From assembly GCA_964624405.1 (NCBI GenBank), contig CAZUXA010000005.1, forward strand, positions 13,376 to 77,375: a stretch of 64,000 nt of DNA, in the 5' to 3' direction. A model generated the notes under the pieces. The model was not told the DNA's origin. It saw only the letters and a program-made list of their open reading frames with translations, and made no database searches. Below, piece by piece: positions 17,366 to 25,074 of this stretch (positions are counted from its first letter, which is position 1; each line of letters starts with the position of its first letter). Origin of the DNA: an uncultured bacterium (lineage in GTDB: Bacteria > Fermentibacterota > Fermentibacteria > Fermentibacterales > JCC-6). The position numbers were made by a program, and so were the translations under genes.

Positions 17366-17956
17366 ATGAACAGAATTATACCCACAGGGCAGGTTTCCCA
17401 CAAACAGGGATTCTACCTGGGCTGGCTGAAAAGCCTGGGCGTGGACACCCGGCGCCTGACTGAAGAACAGTGCGAAAAGGCTGCGGAACCACCGGATTCG
17501 GACGGCTGTGAGAAACTGCGGAAAGTCACCGCCCTGGTGGTGCACCATTCAGCCACCGGGGAGGGGAGCGCGGAGGCGTTCAGGGTTCTGCACCGGCTTG
17601 TCAACCGATGGCGGGATGTGGGCTACCACCATGTCATCGGAAACGGCACCCACACCCAGGACGGCCTGCTTGAAGCAGGCAGACCGGAACACCTCAGGGG
17701 CGCCCATGCCAGGGGAGCCAACGATTTCGCCCTGGGTATCTGTCTTGTGGGGAATTTCAACATGACACACCCGACGAAGAGGCAAATGGCCACCCTGTCC
17801 GGGCTGCTCACCCGTCTCATGAAAGCTCACGGGCTTGCGGAAAAGGATATACTTCTGCACAGGCAGGTTCCGGGCAGCAGTACGGAATGCCCGGGAAAAA
17901 ACCTGACGCTGGATCGGGTGCTGCATTCAATTGGAGAACAGAGCGACAGCATCTGA
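17366..17956 (+). CDS. N-acetylmuramoyl-L-alanine amidase (Amidase_2 / PGRP domain, AmpD-like)
   Basis: VVHHSAT...GYHHVIGNG...GAHARGANDFALGICLVGNF...CPGKNL zinc-amidase signature. Confidence 0.75.
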   Translation: MNRIIPTGQVSHKQGFYLGWLKSLGVDTRRLTEEQCEKAAEPPDSDGCEKLRKVTALVVHHSATGEGSAEAFRVLHRLVNRWRDVGYHHVIGNGTHTQDGLLEAGRPEHLRGAHARGANDFALGICLVGNFNMTHPTKRQMATLSGLLTRLMKAHGLAEKDILLHRQVPGSSTECPGKNLTLDRVLHSIGEQSDSI

Positions 17957-18026
17957 CCCCATTCGGGTGTTGCGCGAAATCACCGGCTTTGCTATATATC
18001 CGCGTCACCGGAAGGGATGAACAGGA

Positions 18027-18251
18027 ATGACTTTTGTGCTGACCATACTTCACATCGTTGTGAGCCTTCTGCTTGTGGGGGTCGTGCTCCTTCAGAAATC
18101 CAAGGGTGACGGCCTGTCCGGCGCCTTCGGAGGCGGGGGAGCCCTTACCGCATCCTTCGGCAACACCGGGGCTGTGAACTTCCTGAGCAGGGCGACAACG
18201 GTGCTCGCTGTACTGTTCATGGTCTTTTCGTTTCTACTGGCCATTCTCTAG
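18027..18251 (+). CDS. secG: preprotein translocase subunit SecG
   Basis: 74 aa, two TM helices, GGGGALTASFGNTGAVNFLSRAT Gly-rich SecG loop. Confidence 0.85.
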   Translation: MTFVLTILHIVVSLLLVGVVLLQKSKGDGLSGAFGGGGALTASFGNTGAVNFLSRATTVLAVLFMVFSFLLAIL

Positions 18252-18258
18252 GAAATGT

Positions 18259-18346
18259 GCCGGGGTGGTGGAATTGGCAGACACGCTAGGCTAAGGACCT
18301 AGTGGGCGAATAGCCTGTGCGGGTTCAAATCCCGCCCCCGGTACCA
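18259..18346 (+). tRNA. tRNA-Leu (type II, long variable arm); anticodon loop CUAAGGA reads AAG
   Basis: Hand-folded cloverleaf: acceptor GCCGGGG/CCCCGGU, T-arm GCGGG-TTCAAAT-CCCGC, long variable arm, CCA end; the conserved tRNA-Leu follows secG. Confidence 0.85.
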
Positions 18347-18376
18347 GAAAAGTAAACCCCGCTTCGGCGGGGTTTT
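18340..18376 (+). repeat. direct repeat copy 1 (tRNA 3' end GGTACCA plus terminator), 37 bp
   Basis: GGTACCAGAAAAGTAAACCCCGCTTCGGCGGGGTTTT, identical to 19235..19271. Confidence 0.7.
18351..18376 (+). terminator. intrinsic terminator (AAACCCCGC-TTCG-GCGGGGTTTT)
   Basis: Perfect 6-bp GC stem, TTCG tetraloop, followed by a T-run; immediately after the tRNA. Confidence 0.6.
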
Positions 18377-19234
18377 CTTAAACCCATGTATTTTAGTAAA
18401 GTGAAGATACAGGGCAGATCAGTAGCAGTCATGAAACCAATCGGGTTTCAGATGTATGAACGAAGAACAGACTTTCCCGAGTTGACCGCTTGTGTTGCAG
18501 GAAACTGCAAAAACCTTCTTTGAATGTGCACGTGAAGCTTCCACTGCCGGTGTGAAATCACCGTCAGCCGAGAGCAGATAGGCTGAATCGTAGGCGTCTC
18601 TCACGGCCATAACAGCCATATCCACGGCAAGCATGACATCGACGGCTTTCTCAACAAGTACAGAGGATCTGTTGTGCTTTGCCGCGATCATCAAAAGGTC
18701 ATGAAAAACCGACTCATCTATTCGAACTTTCAAGTTGTTCAGATATGCAGTCAGTTCATCCGATGCCGCATTGTTATACGGCCTTCGTTCCAGGCGTCCG
18801 GTAAACACCTTTATGCGGGAATCCTGAGATTGGATGGTGGAGAAGAACCTTCGTTGGGCTGCATACAGTTCTGGAGATTCGTTCTGCGATACCCGACCGA
18901 TGTGATACCTTGTTTCCAGCCAGTGACGCCGGCCTGCGAGTTTTCTGCAGATCGATGCGTAGTTCAGTGCGCCTGGTTCTCTGATACCTTTCTCCTTCAG
19001 CGAGTGGTACCAGTTGTTACCATCGATGAATACTACGGCGCGGTCAGCCATGATACTCCCAAGAAAAAACCCCGGCGTGTGGTTGCCCAGACACCGGGGG
19101 AGATAAATGCTACGTCCCCTTGGGGCCGTACGAAAAATTGATAAAGAATCGCTGTCCGGTTGTCAAGACACCCCGGAAAACCTGATTATCGTCAGCCTCA
19201 AAGATGAAGCCGGTTCAAAAACCGTCCACTACGG
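18377..19234 (+). mobile_element. small low-GC insertion at the tRNA-Leu 3' end, bounded by 37-bp direct repeats; carries only a NYN-domain gene (possible island remnant)
   Basis: att-like duplication of the tRNA 3' end; GC visibly lower (about 50%) than flanks (about 60%+); no integrase present. Confidence 0.4.
18419..19051 (-). CDS. NYN (LabA-like) domain protein
   Basis: VFIDGNNWYHS...EKAVDVMLAVDM...LSADGDFTPAV NYN/PIN-like motifs. Confidence 0.7.
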   Translation of the reverse strand: MADRAVVFIDGNNWYHSLKEKGIREPGALNYASICRKLAGRRHWLETRYHIGRVSQNESPELYAAQRRFFSTIQSQDSRIKVFTGRLERRPYNNAASDELTAYLNNLKVRIDESVFHDLLMIAAKHNRSSVLVEKAVDVMLAVDMAVMAVRDAYDSAYLLSADGDFTPAVEASRAHSKKVFAVSCNTSGQLGKVCSSFIHLKPDWFHDCY

Positions 19235-19271
19235 GGTACCAGAAAAGTAAACCCCGCTTCGGCGGGGTTTT
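19235..19271 (+). repeat. direct repeat copy 2; preceded (19205-19234) by a degenerate copy of the tRNA-Leu T-arm
   Basis: Identical 37-mer; upstream GCCGGTTCAAAAACCG resembles the tRNA GCGGGTTCAAATCCCGC. Confidence 0.7.
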
Positions 19272-19326
19272 TCTGGTTGAAAGAAGGGAGCCGGCTTGAG
19301 CCGGCTCCCCCTGTGAATCGGATGAG

Positions 19327-19992
19327 TTACCAGGTGGCCTTGATCTGGCCCCAGGTGGAGGGAGTGAGTGCGGCACCGGGTTCCAGGCTCAGATCGTCCC
19401 AGTAGATGGTGCTTCCCATGTCCGAGAAGAGGTCGATGGCCCCGATTTCCATGGCGCCGGAGGTTGTCCAGGGGATTGTATCCAGCTGAATGCCGTTGTA
19501 ATAGATGGTCTGCTGGTTTTCGTCGAGGTTGATGTGAATCTCGACCTTGGTCCACTGGTCGTTTACAATGGGAGTGGAGCCGGAGCCTTCCATGACATTC
19601 ATCATACCGGTTGTGCTGTTGAATCTGAGCTGAACCGACCAGGAGTACGGGCCTCCGTGATTGTAGGTGTTGAGCAGAATGAAGTACTGGTGCCCCGAGG
19701 AACCGGTGGGGATGTAGCAGTAGCCGGACATGGTCCAAAGACCGCCGGCAATACCGGTGAACTGATGCACTATGTCTGAAGTGGGTGTTATGGCCACGGA
19801 GTTCGGAGCGCTTTGGGCCTGGTCCGCAGAGACAATGGCATCCCAGGCGGGGTTGTCATCCCATCCTGCCCAGCCCCCCTGGCCGATGATCAGGCTTCCC
19901 GAAGCATAGGAATCGAAATTCTCATTCCATTCGGCGCCGGCCAGACCCGCGGAAAGCATCAGGCAGGCAGCACACGCAAAAAATACTTTCAT
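19327..19992 (-). CDS. hypothetical secreted protein, paralog-like to 1006..1842 (C-terminus ...LTPSTWGQIKATW)
   Basis: ATG at 19992 gives MKVFFACAACLMLSAGLAGA signal peptide; track ORF (to 20208) has a non-signal N-terminal extension. Confidence 0.6.
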   Translation of the reverse strand: MKVFFACAACLMLSAGLAGAEWNENFDSYASGSLIIGQGGWAGWDDNPAWDAIVSADQAQSAPNSVAITPTSDIVHQFTGIAGGLWTMSGYCYIPTGSSGHQYFILLNTYNHGGPYSWSVQLRFNSTTGMMNVMEGSGSTPIVNDQWTKVEIHINLDENQQTIYYNGIQLDTIPWTTSGAMEIGAIDLFSDMGSTIYWDDLSLEPGAALTPSTWGQIKATW

Positions 19993-20086
19993 TGATAGAC
20001 CCCCGTTACAAGAGAAAAGGAAAACAAAGGTACTGTGGAAAGATGAAGATACCTGAATGCTTTTATTGCACAGTTTCGTACCGCTG

Positions 20087-23000
20087 TCAAGGCGAATCCG
20101 TGCTCCAGAAAGCAGGCCTGGTCGTTGAGACTCCCCTGGTTTCCAAAACCTCGATGAGTTGCCGGTAATCTTCAAGCATGCCCTGCTTGATTCGGTGCCT
20201 CTCCACATGAAGCCTGAGTTGGTCGCAGAGCGTCTCCGCTTCCTTCAGTCTGTCCAGTTCAACGAGAAGAAGTCCTTTTACCCCCATGGCGTAGGCGGTG
20301 TTGAGAACATCGTTGGTCAGGGCGTTGATTCTGAGTGATTCGTTCGCGCTCTCCATGGAGCCGTCGAAATCTCCGGTCATCCGCTGAATGTTCGCCTTGT
20401 TCACAAGGGCGATGGCAACGGTGCGGTAATTCCTGGTACGGCTTGCCAGCTCAATGGAGGCATCGGTGAATTCCATGGCTTCCCGGATGTTCCCGCGTTT
20501 TTTGGCAAGCAGGCCAAGGTTTCCGAGAAGCGTGGATTCATGGATTCTGTCTCCGGTTTTTCGCGAGGCATCAAGGGCCTCGAGGAAGAGTTCCTCGGCT
20601 CTTTCGAAACGCTCACGCCTGGCGCAGGCAATGGCGAGGCTGTTGAGGGAGTACCCCAGACCCAGAAGGTTACCCTGCTTTTTCTGGAGTCTGATGGCCT
20701 TTTCTGCGTAGCTTGCGGAAAGGGCGTCTTCGCCGAACCTGAAGGCGTGAACCGCCATGTTGGAATAGAGTGATGCCGCTTCGGGCTCCATGCCGTGTTT
20801 TTCCATCACATCCGTGGCTTCCCTGTACAGATCCATGACTCCTTCTGTGATGCCGGTGCTGCTTCTGTAGTTTGCCAGAGTCATGTTTATCTTCGCGGCG
20901 AGTATCTCATTCCTGCCCGCGAGGGCAATCTTCATGGCTTCTTCGATGGTGCTTTCAAACTCGGGGTTTCTTCCCAGTTCCTGAAGTACGGCAGCCCGGG
21001 CACGCAGGGCGATGCCCTCCCATGCGAGGCTGTTTTTCTCCCTTGCTTCCGAGGCAATCCGGTCGGCGGTGCGTATGGCATCCTCGTGTTCGCCCTTTCT
21101 CTTGAGAATCTCATGCCAGACCAGAAGGGCGTTCATTCTTTCCTCCCAGTACCGGTCATCCCCGGCTTTTCCGGCAAGTTCCATAATGCGCTTCGCGAAT
21201 CCCAGGGTTTCTTCGGGCCGTCCTCCATCCCTGGCTGTCATCATTGCCCTGCTTGCCCATTCCAGGGATTTCTTCCAGTCCTGCGCCGCTTCCCAGTGGG
21301 CGAACAGCACCGGCGCCAGGGCATCGAGCTCGGTGGGGTTCAGTTGCTCTATTGATTCCGCGGCGGCCTTGTGCAGAATTCTGGAATTGTGTTTCAGCAG
21401 TGTTTCGTAAGCGGCAACCCTGACCAGGGAGTGACGGAAGCTGAATGATTTGCCGTCTGCCCCGGAAAGAAATCCCCTGTTTTCCAGGTTGAGGAGTATC
21501 TCGCCGAGATTGTCCCCCAGCTCGGATACACGCCTCACCATCGAATCAAGAACCGTTGTCTCGAATCTTTCGCCAAGGACGGAAGCATACTGCAGGATTC
21601 TTCTCTCCTGTTTCGGAAGCCTGTCCATTCTGGCCTGAGTGAGAACCGAGATCGACCCCGGGATTTTTACCTGGTCGCAGGAAAGAGAAAGGGTGCAGCA
21701 ATCGTCGCTGTTCCTCAGTATGCCGTCGGATTCAATGAGGCTCAGCACGAGTTCCTCGACAAAGAAAGGGTTACCCCGGCCCACGGAGCGTATCAGGCGT
21801 TTGAGTTCGTCGTCCAGAAGGTCTGTCTGCAGGAGGTAAGCCGCAATGGAGAGACAGTCGTCATCACTCAGAGGCTCCAGATAAATTGTGTTCACCGACA
21901 GGGAGGGGTTCAGCAGAACAGGAGCCGGCAGACGGGTTGTCATGATTATTCCCGCGGGCTGGATAAAAAGGCCCTGGCTGAGAATGTCTTGCAGAAGCCT
22001 CATGGAGAGCTCATCCGCCCACTGAAGATCTTCCAGAAGAAGCAGGGTTCCCGAGGTGGAGAACACCGCTTCCAGGGCGGAACGGACTGTGTTGGTAACG
22101 GTGCTGAACTCCGGGGAGAAGTTTTCAAAGCCCGTGGCATCCATGCTCAGAATAGCCGCGAGTTGAGGGGCGCAGCTTTCCAGAACCGTTCTCGGCCTTT
22201 CCTCTCCGCAACTGGCGGCAAGCTCTTTGATTCCGGCTTGGTACCATTCGGCGGTTTCGCCCCCGGGGCTCCCGGCGTTGAAGTAGCCCCGCAGCAGGCT
22301 TATCCACAGCCAGCAGGAAGGCTGGGCGTGGGATAGGGCGTAGCCCCGCAGCACCCTGTACTCGCCCAATGAAACGATGCATTCGTGGGCCAGGCGGGAT
22401 TTCCCTATGCCCGGGTCTCCCACCATGATGAAAACCGGTGGTTCGCAGGCACTCAGGCCCGTGGGTTTCAGGGCTTTCCCTATGGATTCTCTGACCCTTG
22501 ATCTTCCGACAAAAGGCGCCCCATAAAGCCTGGAAGCCCGTTCCCACCTCTCGAACCGGATTTTGCCGGGACCGGTGGGCTCGAAAGAGGCCACCGGCGA
22601 ACTGATGCCGCGAATAGCCACTTTCCCGGTATCGATCCAGGTGTACAACTCTCCGCACTCGCGCCTGACCGCCTCGCTGACCAGAGCGGTTCCCGGGCTG
22701 CCAGACTCTTCCAGCCTGGAGGCAAGATTAACCGTAAGCCCGGTGGCGGTCAAATGGCCGGACGGGTCGGGAGCCACGGTCAGAGGGCCGAAATCGATGC
22801 CTATCCTGGCGGATAGGCCTGGAAACTCCGGCAAAGCCGGGCGAAGCTCGTCCAGAAGATCGAGCATGCGCAGAGCGCAACCAACGGCTCTGGCGCTGTC
22901 GTTCTCCGTGGAGGCTATGGCTCCGAACAGAGCCATCAGCCGGTCTCCCTCGAATTTGTCAACATAGCCGCCGCAGGAGTTTACCACCCTGGAGAGAAGG

Positions 23001-23239
23001 CCCATAACCCGTCCAAGAAGGACATGCAGATCTTCATGGTCAATTGCTTCCGAAAGCAGAGTGAAGCCGGTCAGGTCCAGAAAAAGAACCGCGGCCCGCC
23101 GTCTCTCACCTTCGATGATCCTGGATGTTTCTCCGCACGGGAAAAATGTGTTTCCCGGAACCCTTGCAAGGGCGTCGTCCAGAACGGAGGAAACCCGATC
23201 CATGGAAATACGGCTCGCCAGAGTCGTCCCTCCGTTCAT
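20087..23239 (-). CDS. class III adenylate/guanylate cyclase domain + STAND/AAA ATPase + TPR repeats signalling protein (1050 aa)
   Basis: Cyclase motif AVLFLDLTGFT...KFEGDRLMALFG; P-loop VGDPGIGKS; long C-terminal TPR-like helical repeats. Confidence 0.75.
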   Translation of the reverse strand: MNGGTTLASRISMDRVSSVLDDALARVPGNTFFPCGETSRIIEGERRRAAVLFLDLTGFTLLSEAIDHEDLHVLLGRVMGLLSRVVNSCGGYVDKFEGDRLMALFGAIASTENDSARAVGCALRMLDLLDELRPALPEFPGLSARIGIDFGPLTVAPDPSGHLTATGLTVNLASRLEESGSPGTALVSEAVRRECGELYTWIDTGKVAIRGISSPVASFEPTGPGKIRFERWERASRLYGAPFVGRSRVRESIGKALKPTGLSACEPPVFIMVGDPGIGKSRLAHECIVSLGEYRVLRGYALSHAQPSCWLWISLLRGYFNAGSPGGETAEWYQAGIKELAASCGEERPRTVLESCAPQLAAILSMDATGFENFSPEFSTVTNTVRSALEAVFSTSGTLLLLEDLQWADELSMRLLQDILSQGLFIQPAGIIMTTRLPAPVLLNPSLSVNTIYLEPLSDDDCLSIAAYLLQTDLLDDELKRLIRSVGRGNPFFVEELVLSLIESDGILRNSDDCCTLSLSCDQVKIPGSISVLTQARMDRLPKQERRILQYASVLGERFETTVLDSMVRRVSELGDNLGEILLNLENRGFLSGADGKSFSFRHSLVRVAAYETLLKHNSRILHKAAAESIEQLNPTELDALAPVLFAHWEAAQDWKKSLEWASRAMMTARDGGRPEETLGFAKRIMELAGKAGDDRYWEERMNALLVWHEILKRKGEHEDAIRTADRIASEAREKNSLAWEGIALRARAAVLQELGRNPEFESTIEEAMKIALAGRNEILAAKINMTLANYRSSTGITEGVMDLYREATDVMEKHGMEPEAASLYSNMAVHAFRFGEDALSASYAEKAIRLQKKQGNLLGLGYSLNSLAIACARRERFERAEELFLEALDASRKTGDRIHESTLLGNLGLLAKKRGNIREAMEFTDASIELASRTRNYRTVAIALVNKANIQRMTGDFDGSMESANESLRINALTNDVLNTAYAMGVKGLLLVELDRLKEAETLCDQLRLHVERHRIKQGMLEDYRQLIEVLETRGVSTTRPAFWSTDSP

Positions 23240-23272
23240 GATTCAACAACCGGCGGCTTTCAGCAGGTGTCG

Positions 23273-24361
23273 TCAAGGAACTCTGGTGCTTCTGAGTTCA
23301 TCCAGAGCGCTGCGCAGCAGAACTTCGTCGTCGGGTGCCGAGCCTCTCATGGCGAAGGCTATCTTCGCTTCGCGATCCAGAAGATATATGACCGGAACGC
23401 TTCTGACCACATAGTCTTCGGCAAGGTGGTCGCCGTATACGAAGACTCTGCCCGGAACCGCGAGATCTCTTAGTCTGAAGGCGGGGGTGCCCTTCTCCCA
23501 GATGAAGACCGTGGCCACATTCAGATCGGAATAGTCTGTCATCAGCCTCGACAGCAGGGCAAGTGCCCCGAGACTGGGGTTGCTCCAGGAACTGACAAAT
23601 GCCAGTACGAGAGGTTCGCCCCGAAAGTCAGCAAGTCTTGCCACCATGCCGTCGATGTCTGCCAGAATGAAGCCCGGTGCCGGAGTACCCGGAAGAAGAA
23701 CCGGCGAATAGGGGACAAGGCGATAGCCTTCAGGAAGCGCCGGGGCGACGATTACCGGGTTTTCAGCGACAAGGGAACTGATGGAGAGAATCTGGGCTCC
23801 GGGGGTTCGGGGATCGCCGCTTATCCTTTCCACCCTTCTTGGAAGATGATCCTCGGTCGATATCGACCAGAGCGCCGCGTCGCCGCTGGGGTATATGGAA
23901 AGAAGGGTATGGCACGGGATCCCTGAAAGGGTGTCATAACCCAGCCATGCGATGCTGTCCGCGTTGATCTCATCCCGGAAAGGATCGGTGAGCATGAACT
24001 CCACCGGCAAAACCCAGGGAGGGAATACCAGGAGCTCGCCGGCCCCGGCGCGCAGGGATCCTGAATGGAACCGCTGTCTGCCGTGGTCGGTGAACCACAC
24101 ACTGTCGCCCAGCACATGGAAAACCGAGGGTACCGGGAATGCTCCGGCGGTTTCGCCGTGGGATTCGGTGAACTCCAGCCGGAGAAGGGAATCGCCGGAT
24201 ATGGAAGCGTTCCCCTCAAGCCAGGGCAGAATCGCTTCGAACCAGCCTGTGCCCCTGAAGACAAAGTCGTAACTCACCCCGGGCAAGGCCGTGCAGGCGG
24301 AGTCGGCCAGGGTGAAGATATCCTGGGGCGACGGTTGAAGAAGGATGAAAAGAAGAATCAT
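23273..24361 (-). CDS. secreted thioredoxin-fold (TlpA/redoxin-like) protein whose CxxC is replaced by SxxS
   Basis: C-terminal domain ...GEPLVLAFVSSWSNPSLGA... aligns to FWASWCGPC of TlpA/ResA; start at 24361 (MILLFILL signal-anchor) rather than the track start 24481. Confidence 0.55.
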   Translation of the reverse strand: MILLFILLQPSPQDIFTLADSACTALPGVSYDFVFRGTGWFEAILPWLEGNASISGDSLLRLEFTESHGETAGAFPVPSVFHVLGDSVWFTDHGRQRFHSGSLRAGAGELLVFPPWVLPVEFMLTDPFRDEINADSIAWLGYDTLSGIPCHTLLSIYPSGDAALWSISTEDHLPRRVERISGDPRTPGAQILSISSLVAENPVIVAPALPEGYRLVPYSPVLLPGTPAPGFILADIDGMVARLADFRGEPLVLAFVSSWSNPSLGALALLSRLMTDYSDLNVATVFIWEKGTPAFRLRDLAVPGRVFVYGDHLAEDYVVRSVPVIYLLDREAKIAFAMRGSAPDDEVLLRSALDELRSTRVP

Positions 24362-24440
24362 GCTGCAACCTCCTGAATGGAATATAGCTGATCGGACACT
24401 TCTCCTGATTGACATCCCGGAAAAGCCGAACATATTCTGA

Positions 24441-24456
24441 CTGACCGTTCGGTCAG
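24441..24456 (+). promoter_or_regulatory. perfect 16-bp palindrome CTGACCGTTCGGTCAG in the tetR / thioredoxin-like divergent intergenic region (candidate TetR operator)
   Basis: Perfect inverted repeat 16 nt upstream of the TetR start codon. Confidence 0.35.
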
Positions 24457-24471
24457 GAAGGATGACGACTG

Positions 24472-25074
24472 ATGAACGCAAAGGAAAGAATACTCGATTC
24501 CGCCGAAAAGATCTTTCGGGAGAGCGGCTTCGCCGGGGCTTCCATGCAGAGGATAGCCAGAAGGGCGGGGGTCTCCAAAAGCCTCATCTATCACCATTTC
24601 GCGTCCAAGAAAGAACTCTGGCGGGCCATGGTCAACGACTACTTCGCCCGTTCCGGGATTATGGAGCGCTTCTATCAGATAATCGCCAAAGGCGATATCA
24701 GCACTCTGGAGGACTTTGCCGTAGGAGAAGAGGGATTCTTCCACTTCCTCAGAAGGAATCCCGGGCTTGTGCGAATGATGAACCGGCTCGATCTCGAGGG
24801 GGGATTCGACAGCGGTTTTCCCGATCCGGGAAACCGGGACAGGGTGATTGCCCGGATGAAGGAGCTGGTCGCCGACGGGGTTTTCCGCTCGGATATCGAT
24901 CCCGTGGTTCTTCCCATAGTTTACATGTCAATTTGCGTGAACTGGTTCAGCTCCCGCTGGAAATACCTGGACTGGTTTGGTGACGAGACCGACAGCAGCC
25001 AGATTGACAACAGGTTCATAAAGGGCGCGATTGACATTCTGAAAAGGGGTACCGTTCCCGATGCGAAAAACTAG
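24472..25074 (+). CDS. TetR/AcrR family transcriptional regulator
   Basis: N-terminal HTH ILDSAEKIFRESGFAGASMQRIARRAGVSKSLIYHHFASKKELW. Confidence 0.85.
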   Translation: MNAKERILDSAEKIFRESGFAGASMQRIARRAGVSKSLIYHHFASKKELWRAMVNDYFARSGIMERFYQIIAKGDISTLEDFAVGEEGFFHFLRRNPGLVRMMNRLDLEGGFDSGFPDPGNRDRVIARMKELVADGVFRSDIDPVVLPIVYMSICVNWFSSRWKYLDWFGDETDSSQIDNRFIKGAIDILKRGTVPDAKN

